The notes under the pieces: generated by a model
What the model was told of the DNA's origin: nothing
The model's input: only the letters and a program-made list of their open reading frames with translations
Database searches by the model: none
Source of the DNA: an uncultured Clostridium sp.
GTDB lineage: Bacteria; Bacillota; Clostridia; Lachnospirales; Lachnospiraceae
NCBI GenBank assembly: GCA_900551135.1
Contig: URUX01000001.1
Span: 1-47,298 of the forward strand
Direction of reading: 5' to 3'
DNA length: 47,298 bases
Position numbers and translations under genes: made by a program
Shown here: in pieces, positions 36,317-43,548 of the stretch
How positions within the stretch are numbered: the stretch's first letter is position 1
Layout: the number at the start of each line of letters is the position of its first letter

Positions 36317-36345
36317 TTGCTATGTGTTATTGATTGTGATATACT
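36317..36345 (+). promoter_or_regulatory. Candidate sigma-A promoter of the AT-rich operon
   Basis: TTGCTA-17 nt-TATACT with an extended -10 TG (TGATATACT), about 40 nt before the first ORF. Confidence 0.5.
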
Positions 36346-36384
36346 CAATATGTAACGTTTCGACAAGATCATCACGGTAAGGAG

Positions 36385-36867
36385 ATGATGACTTTGTATC
36401 AAAAAATTTATAATAGCATGGCGGTGATTATACGAAAAATAGAAGATAGGGCTCAAAAGGATAAGACTTTTTTAGGGCGGTTTCGCAGCTATGATAAACA
36501 GAAAGCGCAGACAATCTTGTGGGAAAAAATTCCTCTTTTATTTGAACAAGATGGGAGTGGATATAAGGAGATAGGAACTCGGGAGTTGGAACACTGGGAG
36601 GATGCAGATCAATTTATCAGCCAGTGCGATGATGATTTTGTGCTGGCATATTTGCTGCTTCAGATGGATTTGGCAATTGAAAAACGAATCCGATCAGAAG
36701 GAGAATTGTCCAATAAGATTCGCATCCTAGAGGCTTTAAACAGCAACCATAACGAAACGGCAATTATAATCCTCCCACAATTGGCCTTTTTTTGGGAGAG
36801 GAGCGGCAGAGGAACACAGCATTCTTGTTTGATGCTGATGAAGACAGTTATCCCGCAATTATTGTAA
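36385..36867 (+). CDS. Island ORF 1: hypothetical helical protein, possibly the N-terminal part of a single frameshifted gene with ORF 2
   Basis: The SD AAGGAG sits directly before ATG ATG, and an in-frame TTG at 36394 is better spaced. I recognise no family for residues 1-125. The last 24 residues (WERSGRGTQHSCLMLMKTVIPQLL) follow a T7 tract and look like out-of-frame sequence. Confidence 0.55.
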   Translation: MMTLYQKIYNSMAVIIRKIEDRAQKDKTFLGRFRSYDKQKAQTILWEKIPLLFEQDGSGYKEIGTRELEHWEDADQFISQCDDDFVLAYLLLQMDLAIEKRIRSEGELSNKIRILEALNSNHNETAIIILPQLAFFWERSGRGTQHSCLMLMKTVIPQLL

Positions 36868-37436
36868 TGCCTTCTGTCTGGAAAGCAAAAGTGAATAGCG
36901 CTGCAATTTTGACCGGATACGAAGAGGAGGTCTGCACCCAGCAGAAACAGTATCCTTATGATGGGCCTATTGTCCCAGAGGGTGTTGCCTTGCTGGAAGA
37001 TATAGAACCGGATAAGACGTTATATTTGCTCCATTGTCAGGGAATTGGAAGAATGGCGATAATGATTTGCAAGGATTTTTTGATAACGGAATATCTGAAT
37101 ATGCTGTTGGAAATAGTAAGAGTAAGTCTGATTTTAGTTCCATCCATGACGACGGGAGAGTACGATTTTAAGACAAATATCCATTCGTGTGAACATGCAG
37201 ACTGCTGCGTTGTACAGGCGAATTGCTGCTCGGCCAGATGGATGGTAAAAGAAGAACACAGGATAAAACCAGATACCTGTGGCTATTGTCTGAAAAGTGG
37301 AAAAAATCAGAACCCCAGATATTGGGGAGAGGCGAATATAATTCCGCTGGAGAGGCCGAAACTGTGCAGAACTGGCGCATGTGAAGAAGGGTGTTTGTTT
37401 TGGCAGGATTTTTATTACAAGAGAAAAAGAAGCTGA
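36792..37436 (+). CDS. Island ORF 2: nitrilase-superfamily (C-N hydrolase)-like protein with a Cys-rich C-terminus
   Basis: It shows the ordered motifs NSAAIL, QQKQYPY, IGRMAIMICKDFL, SLILVPSMT and EHADCCVVQANCCS. These match the order and spacing of nitrilase-fold motifs (NSa.., yrKihL, riG..ICyD, lll.Ps, iEn..yvv.aN). The frame is open from 36753. Alternative starts are TTG 36792 or ATG 36867, which overlaps the ORF 1 stop as TAATG. Confidence 0.55.
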   Translation: MGEERQRNTAFLFDADEDSYPAIIVMPSVWKAKVNSAAILTGYEEEVCTQQKQYPYDGPIVPEGVALLEDIEPDKTLYLLHCQGIGRMAIMICKDFLITEYLNMLLEIVRVSLILVPSMTTGEYDFKTNIHSCEHADCCVVQANCCSARWMVKEEHRIKPDTCGYCLKSGKNQNPRYWGEANIIPLERPKLCRTGACEEGCLFWQDFYYKRKRS

Positions 37437-37449
37437 AAGGAGGACTTAT

Positions 37450-38229
37450 ATGAAGTGGGACATAGAATTGTGCCGCCAGATTAGTGAGATTCATAACAGG
37501 GATATGTCCTCAGGGGAAGCCCGTCAATGGGAAGAGCGATTGATGGAGTTAAATAAGGAATACATGTATGAACTGATGCGGCTTTACCAAAAAGGGGACA
37601 AAGAACAGATGTATTCGATGCTGCGCCAGGGACAGAAGATTTCCAAGGCATTTGAGTATTCTGCGGAAAACAGCCAGCGGCTGCTGGCATACTATATGGG
37701 GCTGTTAGGTGGAATTACTTACGAGGCAGGTTTTTTGTTTCGGGATATGGCAGAGAAAAGAGAGTTCCCTATAGTAATGAAAGGGCTGTGTGCAAAAGCT
37801 CATTACAGCAATATATTGAAGTACTTATACCGGCATCCTTCGGCCCGTCATAAAGATATTGTAGAGTTTGAAAAAATTAAACCAGGTTTTCTTACGACTA
37901 TTATGAGAGATTTGGAAAAAAATGGGGCTGTAAAAAAATACTGCAGTGGGAAGGCGGTGTTCTATGAACTGACTATTGATGGAAAGGAATTTGTCGGGGC
38001 TTTAGAAGAAATGGATAATGACAGAGTTCCGCCGGATTATCTGGGAATGGCAAAGACTGGAATAAGGCCAGAACAGAACACAGCGCCTGGGTATCTGGAA
38101 AAAAGTCGGGCAGCCAAATTAGTGAAAACAAGGGATGCAGAAAAATTTGTGGCTGTCCATTATTTAGAGGCAAATAGGGAAAGAAAGCTGAAGAATAGAG
38201 ACGTATATAGCCAAAAAATGATTATATAA
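37450..38229 (+). CDS. Island ORF 3: winged-helix (MarR/ArsR-like) DNA-binding protein with a helical N-terminal domain
   Basis: The SD AAAGGAGG lies 6 nt before ATG 37450; the track ORF starts at 37381. The wHTH pattern is NILKYLYRHPSARHKDIVEFEKIKPGFLTTIMRDLEKNGAVKKYCSGKAVFYELTIDGKEF. The C-terminal tail is basic. Confidence 0.6.
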   Translation: MKWDIELCRQISEIHNRDMSSGEARQWEERLMELNKEYMYELMRLYQKGDKEQMYSMLRQGQKISKAFEYSAENSQRLLAYYMGLLGGITYEAGFLFRDMAEKREFPIVMKGLCAKAHYSNILKYLYRHPSARHKDIVEFEKIKPGFLTTIMRDLEKNGAVKKYCSGKAVFYELTIDGKEFVGALEEMDNDRVPPDYLGMAKTGIRPEQNTAPGYLEKSRAAKLVKTRDAEKFVAVHYLEANRERKLKNRDVYSQKMII

Positions 38230-38230
38230 G

Positions 38231-38884
38231 ATGGGTGAAGATATGAATGAATTAATGAAAAAAATGGAGGAAGTATTAAGCGAGATCGAAGGAAAGATGA
38301 CGCATGATGACTTGGAAAAAATTCAGGACTTGTCAGAGATTCAAGATTCTAGACTGAGAGACAGTATAAATGAACTTATCTTTGTTTTGAGAGTTCTCTT
38401 AAAACAGATGGTTTCAGATGAGGTGAAAGAAAAACTGGCAAATTGTCTGGGAAATGCGCTGGCGGAAAGAATTATAGGGATGACAGAACAATCTTTAGAA
38501 TATTATTATGCTATGGCTCCTATTCGAAATATCGAAGGGGAAAAAAACGAGACGGTCTCTAATATTATTTCTTTTGTCTTTAACAAATATATATTGCGAT
38601 ATGAGAAAAACTACTTTACAGCAGCGCTGGAATACGGGCTTGAAGGAGAAGAGTTAAAAAAGATTGCAAGGTGCCTGGATGTGCTGGTTTCTTATTATGT
38701 TCAAAAACATTATGGCCGCCAGACCATAGCGGAAGATTTGAAAGATGAAACTGGTCTGGATGAAGGGACGATTGATATAATTGTAAATCTAATAGAAGAA
38801 AATTATCAAAAGCTGCAGTTTAATGAAATTTTGGATCATCTGAGCTATCTGGGCGATAGGGTTGCAGATGTGGAATCATTATAA
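38231..38884 (+). CDS. Island ORF 4: acidic all-helical protein of unknown function
   Basis: 217 aa. It starts 1 nt after the ORF 3 stop, which suggests translational coupling. I recognise no family. Confidence 0.55.
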   Translation: MGEDMNELMKKMEEVLSEIEGKMTHDDLEKIQDLSEIQDSRLRDSINELIFVLRVLLKQMVSDEVKEKLANCLGNALAERIIGMTEQSLEYYYAMAPIRNIEGEKNETVSNIISFVFNKYILRYEKNYFTAALEYGLEGEELKKIARCLDVLVSYYVQKHYGRQTIAEDLKDETGLDEGTIDIIVNLIEENYQKLQFNEILDHLSYLGDRVADVESL

Positions 38885-38889
38885 ATACA

Positions 38890-38932
38890 AATCAAGCAGG
38901 AGACGGTCAGTTACCGTCTCCTGCTTGATTTT
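38890..38932. terminator. Bidirectional terminator (right boundary of the AT-rich operon)
   Basis: A perfect 18-bp stem AATCAAGCAGGAGACGGT / ACCGTCTCCTGCTTGATT with a 5-nt loop and T-rich flanks. Confidence 0.8.
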
Positions 38933-38953
38933 AAACTGTCTGAACAGCTTTCA

Positions 38954-39424
38954 TTATGCTTCTTTTTTGTCTTTCTTCCAGAACATCAGCTTGTCTCTTA
39001 AGCGTTTCTTCTTTGGTGCAGGCTGAATAGCTTTGCCGCGGACGCTTTTCAGTTCGGTGATGTAAAGCCCGCTGATAACAACTTTGGCTTCGCTCTTAAC
39101 CGGAAGAACCTGATAAACTTTCTCATCTGCGATGAGAGTTACAATCTTGGGACCAACCTTGGCTTTTACAATCGGCAGCTTTGCCCAGCGCATATATTTT
39201 GGGGTCTGCTCATAAACCATCTTGGGAAGGCCGGACTCTTTGATTTTTAACTTCTTTTTGTCGATTACCAGGATTGAGACAGTCTGCTTGGCAGCTTCCA
39301 TCATAGACTGGGATGCGGCCTGCTTCTTCTCTAACTTACGTCCGAAGTAGTACAGAACTCCCAGAATGATTGCAGCGATAAGCAGAATCCAAAGGATAAC
39401 ATTCAAAATTAAACTCCAGTTCAT
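38954..39424 (-). CDS. Single-pass membrane protein with a Lys-rich C-terminus, unknown function
   Basis: 156 aa with an N-terminal TM helix (LILNVILWILLIAAIILGVLYYF). The SD GGAGGT precedes the ATG. GC content looks like the flanking core genes, not like the island. Confidence 0.6.
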   Translation of the reverse strand: MNWSLILNVILWILLIAAIILGVLYYFGRKLEKKQAASQSMMEAAKQTVSILVIDKKKLKIKESGLPKMVYEQTPKYMRWAKLPIVKAKVGPKIVTLIADEKVYQVLPVKSEAKVVISGLYITELKSVRGKAIQPAPKKKRLRDKLMFWKKDKKEA

Positions 39425-39463
39425 CGGGCAATACCTCCAACAGTTTCCTTATGTATAGGTAAG

Positions 39464-39492
39464 AGTATACCATTTTTAATGAAAAAACGCAA
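39464..39492 (-). promoter_or_regulatory. Candidate sigma-A promoter for the 38954..39424 gene
   Basis: On the minus strand it reads TTGCGT-17 nt-TATACT with an extended -10 TG. Confidence 0.45.
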
Positions 39493-39522
39493 GCAAAAGT
39501 AAATTTTCTCTTAAGATTACGC

Positions 39523-39551
39523 TTGACAGCTTGACAACTATATGGTAAACT
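39523..39551 (+). promoter_or_regulatory. Candidate sigma-A promoter for rpoB-rpoC
   Basis: TTGACA-17 nt-TAAACT. A second overlapping TTGACA lies 8 nt downstream. Confidence 0.55.
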
Positions 39552-39645
39552 GGAATGTGCACTATTGTGGCAATTTAGGCCTTTACGGGTCAATTGCGCC
39601 CAAAAATAAAACGTGAAAGAAAAAGAAAACAGGGGTGAAACGTCA

Positions 39646-42600
39646 ATGGAGAAAAGCAAGATGCGTCCGGTGCCGGCCGGTAAGAGCGTAAGAATGAGCT
39701 TCTCAGGACAGAAAGAAGTCTTAGAGATGCCAAACCTGATTGAGATTCAGAAAAACTCCTATCAGTGGTTCTTAGACGAAGGACTCAAGGAAGTGTTTGA
39801 AGACATCTCTCCGATTGCAGATTTTGCAGGTCATTTAAGCCTGGAATTTGTGGACTTTACATTATGTAAGGATGACATTAAGTACACCATCGAAGAGTGC
39901 AAAGAGAGAGACGCTACTTATGCAGCGCCTTTAAAGGTAAGAGTGAGACTTTGCAACAAAGATAAAGATGAGATTAATGAACATGAGATTTTCATGGGCG
40001 ATCTTCCGCTTATGACTGACACAGGCTCTTTCGTTATCAATGGAGCAGAGCGAGTTATCGTTAGCCAGTTGGTTCGTTCACCTGGCATCTACTACGGGAT
40101 TGCCCACGACAAGGTAGGAAAAGAACTGTACAGCTGTACCGTTATTCCGAACCGTGGCGCCTGGTTAGAGTACGAGACGGATTCTAACGATATTTTCTAT
40201 GTCCGCGTAGACCGTACCAGAAAAGTTCCGGTTACAGTATTGATTCGTGCACTGGGTTATGGTACAAACGCAGAGATTATTGATTTGTTCGGTGAAGAGC
40301 CGAAATTGCTGGCCAGCTTTGGTAAGGATACTTCCGATAATTACCAGGATGGCTTATTAGAGTTATATAAAAAGATCCGTCCAGGCGAGCCGTTATCCGT
40401 TGATAGTGCAGAAAGCTTGCTTAACAGCATGTTCTTTGACCCCAGAAGATATGATTTGGCAAAAGTAGGCCGTTATAAATTTAATAAAAAACTGGCATTT
40501 AAGAATCGAATCAAAGGCCATACCCTGGCGGAAGATGTCGTTGACACCACCACCGGAGAGATTCTGGCAGAGGCCGGCACCAAGCTGGATAAGGAAATGG
40601 CAGATAAGATTCAGAATGCAGCAGTTCCGTTTGTATGGATTGAAGGACCGGAGCGCAGGCAGAAAGTTCTGTCCAATATGATGGTAGATCTGGCTTCCTA
40701 TGTTTCCTTTGATCCGGAAGAGGTTGGAGTTACAGAGTTAGTTTACTATCCTGTACTGGAATCTATCCTGTCAGAAGTTGGAACTTCCGATGAGGAAGAG
40801 TTGAAATCAGCCATCCGCCGCAGTATTCACGAACTGATTCCAAAGCATATTACCAAGGAAGATATTCTGGCTTCCATTAACTACAATATGCATCTGGAAG
40901 AAGAAGTGGGAAATGCAGACGACATTGACCATCTGGGCAACCGTCGTATCCGTGCAGTCGGAGAACTGCTTCAGAATCAGTACCGCATCGGTTTGTCCCG
41001 TATGGAACGTGTGGTAAGAGAGCGTATGACCACTCAGGATATGGAGGGAATCACTCCGCAGTCCTTAATTAATATTAAACCGGTAACTGCTGCAGTTAAA
41101 GAGTTCTTTGGCAGTTCCCAGCTGTCCCAGTTTATGGATCAGAACAACCCGCTGGCTGAACTGACCCATAAGAGACGTCTGTCTGCATTAGGTCCTGGCG
41201 GTCTGTCCAGAGATCGTGCCGGATTCGAGGTTCGAGACGTACATTACACCCATTACGGACGTATGTGCCCGATCGAGACTCCTGAAGGACCGAACATCGG
41301 TCTGATTAACTCTCTGGCAACTTATGCAAGGGTAAATGAATATGGATTTATTGAGGCGCCTTACCGCGTTCTGGACAAGTCCGATCCGTTAAATCCGGTT
41401 GTAACCGACGAGGTTGTATACCTGACTGCTGACGAAGAAGATAACTTCGTAGTTGCACAGGCGAACGAGCCGTTAGACGAGGACGGACATTTCGTTCATA
41501 ATAACGTATCCGGACGTTTCCGCGAGGAGACATCCGAGTTCCAGAAAAAGAGAATCGACCTGATGGACGTTTCCCCGAAGATGGTATTCTCTGTGGCAAC
41601 TTCCATGATTCCGTTCCTGGAGAACGACGACGCAAACCGTGCGCTGATGGGTTCCAACATGCAGCGTCAGGCAGTGCCGCTGTTATCAACCGAAGCGCCT
41701 GTTGTCGGTACTGGTATTGAGAACAAGGCAGCAGTTGACTCCGGCGTGTGCGTAGTGGCTAAAAATGCTGGTGTGGTAGAGAGATCTGCTTCTAATGAGA
41801 TTATCATTAAGAGAGACTCTGACGGCAACCGCGATGTATACCATCTGACCAAATTTAAGAGAAGCAACCAGTCCAACTGCTACAATCAGAAGCCGATTGT
41901 ATATAAAGGCAACCATGTACAGGCTGGAGAGGTTATTGCAGACGGCCCGTCCACTTCCAAGGGCGAGATTGCTCTGGGCAAGAACCCGTTAATCGGATTT
42001 ATGACCTGGGAAGGTTATAACTACGAGGATGCGGTTCTCTTAAGCGAGCGTCTGGTTCAGGAAGACGTATATACTTCCGTTCATATTGAGGAATACGAGG
42101 CAGAAGCCCGTGATACCAAGCTGGGACCGGAAGAAATTACCCGCGACGTTCCAGGCGTAGGTGAAGATGCATTAAAAGACCTGGATGAGAGAGGAATTAT
42201 CCGTATTGGTGCAGAAGTCCGCGCCGGCGATATTCTGGTTGGCAAGGTAACTCCTAAGGGAGAAACTGAACTGACTGCAGAAGAAAGACTGCTTCGTGCA
42301 ATCTTTGGCGAGAAGGCCAGAGAAGTCCGCGACACTTCCTTAAAAGTACCTCACGGCGCATACGGCATCATTGTAGACGCTAAGGTATTTACCAGAGAAA
42401 ATGGAGACGAACTGTCACCAGGCGTAAATGAGACTGTCCGTATCTACATTGCTCAGAAGAGAAAGATTTCTGTAGGCGATAAGATGGCAGGACGTCACGG
42501 AAACAAGGGTGTCGTTTCCCGTGTACTTCCAGTAGAAGATATGCCATTCCTTCCAAACGGCCGTCCTCTGGACATCGTGCTGAATCCTCTGGGCGTACCT

Positions 42601-43533
42601 TCCCGTATGAACATCGGACAGGTGCTGGAGATTCACTTGAGCCTTGCGGCTAAGGCATTAGGCTTTAATATTGCAACGCCGGTATTTGATGGCGCAAACG
42701 AGAACGACATCATGGATACTCTGGATATTGCAAACGATTATGTAAATGGAACCTGGGAAGATTTCCAGGAAAAATATAAAGATGTGCTGGATCAGGGCGT
42801 TATGGATTACCTGGGAAGCCATTTGGAGCACCGTGCACTCTGGAAAGGCGTTCCGCTGTCCAGAGATGGTAAAGTACGTCTGCGCGATGGCCGTACCGGC
42901 GAATACTTTGACAGTCCGGTTACCATTGGCCACATGCACTACTTAAAGCTGCACCATCTGGTAGACGATAAGATCCATGCCCGTTCCACTGGCCCATACT
43001 CTCTGGTAACCCAGCAGCCTCTGGGCGGTAAAGCCCAGTTCGGCGGACAGCGTTTCGGAGAGATGGAGGTTTGGGCTCTGGAGGCATATGGCGCTGCCTA
43101 TACCCTTCAGGAGATCCTGACCGTGAAGTCCGACGACGTAGTAGGACGTGTAAAGACCTACGAGTCTATTATCAAGGGCGAGAACATTCCGGAAGCAGGT
43201 ATTCCGGAGTCCTTCAAGGTACTGTTAAAAGAACTTCAGTCTCTGGGACTGGATGTAAGAGTGCTGCGTGAGGACAACACAGAAGTTGAAATGACAGAAA
43301 ACATTGATTACGGCGATACCGACTTACGCTCCATTATCGAGGGAGACCGTCACAGCCGCCAGGAGGAATCCTTTGGCAGATACGGTTACCAGGAGCAGGA
43401 GTTTAAGGATAATGAACTGGTTGCCGTGGAAGATGACTATGTAGAAGATTCTGATGCAGACGGGGGTTTAGATCTGGATTTTGACGACAGCTTCGATGCA
43501 GACGATGCTTCTGATTTTGATGAAAACGAATAG
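39646..43533 (+). CDS. rpoB: DNA-directed RNA polymerase subunit beta
   Basis: The sequence is unmistakable ([48 protein letters not shown]). The start is taken at ATG 39646 after AGGGGTG; the track start at 39613 is a GTG. It ends in an acidic tail. Confidence 0.97.
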   Translation: MEKSKMRPVPAGKSVRMSFSGQKEVLEMPNLIEIQKNSYQWFLDEGLKEVFEDISPIADFAGHLSLEFVDFTLCKDDIKYTIEECKERDATYAAPLKVRVRLCNKDKDEINEHEIFMGDLPLMTDTGSFVINGAERVIVSQLVRSPGIYYGIAHDKVGKELYSCTVIPNRGAWLEYETDSNDIFYVRVDRTRKVPVTVLIRALGYGTNAEIIDLFGEEPKLLASFGKDTSDNYQDGLLELYKKIRPGEPLSVDSAESLLNSMFFDPRRYDLAKVGRYKFNKKLAFKNRIKGHTLAEDVVDTTTGEILAEAGTKLDKEMADKIQNAAVPFVWIEGPERRQKVLSNMMVDLASYVSFDPEEVGVTELVYYPVLESILSEVGTSDEEELKSAIRRSIHELIPKHITKEDILASINYNMHLEEEVGNADDIDHLGNRRIRAVGELLQNQYRIGLSRMERVVRERMTTQDMEGITPQSLINIKPVTAAVKEFFGSSQLSQFMDQNNPLAELTHKRRLSALGPGGLSRDRAGFEVRDVHYTHYGRMCPIETPEGPNIGLINSLATYARVNEYGFIEAPYRVLDKSDPLNPVVTDEVVYLTADEEDNFVVAQANEPLDEDGHFVHNNVSGRFREETSEFQKKRIDLMDVSPKMVFSVATSMIPFLENDDANRALMGSNMQRQAVPLLSTEAPVVGTGIENKAAVDSGVCVVAKNAGVVERSASNEIIIKRDSDGNRDVYHLTKFKRSNQSNCYNQKPIVYKGNHVQAGEVIADGPSTSKGEIALGKNPLIGFMTWEGYNYEDAVLLSERLVQEDVYTSVHIEEYEAEARDTKLGPEEITRDVPGVGEDALKDLDERGIIRIGAEVRAGDILVGKVTPKGETELTAEERLLRAIFGEKAREVRDTSLKVPHGAYGIIVDAKVFTRENGDELSPGVNETVRIYIAQKRKISVGDKMAGRHGNKGVVSRVLPVEDMPFLPNGRPLDIVLNPLGVPSRMNIGQVLEIHLSLAAKALGFNIATPVFDGANENDIMDTLDIANDYVNGTWEDFQEKYKDVLDQGVMDYLGSHLEHRALWKGVPLSRDGKVRLRDGRTGEYFDSPVTIGHMHYLKLHHLVDDKIHARSTGPYSLVTQQPLGGKAQFGGQRFGEMEVWALEAYGAAYTLQEILTVKSDDVVGRVKTYESIIKGENIPEAGIPESFKVLLKELQSLGLDVRVLREDNTEVEMTENIDYGDTDLRSIIEGDRHSRQEESFGRYGYQEQEFKDNELVAVEDDYVEDSDADGGLDLDFDDSFDADDASDFDENE

Positions 43534-43548
43534 AAGGGAGTACCGCTC

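Noticed and set aside
36268-36456. 62-aa minus-strand ORF at the left edge of the AT-rich island.
   Set aside because: It is a product of AT-rich sequence (I/L/S/N/Y-rich, no SD). It overlaps the island promoter and the ORF 1 start.
36271-38935. Considered calling the AT-rich operon a known defence system (DRT1/UG1-type, toxin-antitoxin, Abi) or a mobile element.
   Set aside because: It has no reverse transcriptase, no recognisable toxin or antitoxin family, no recombinase and no terminal repeats. Only remote motif-level similarity is available, so it is reported as an unclassified candidate rather than a named system.
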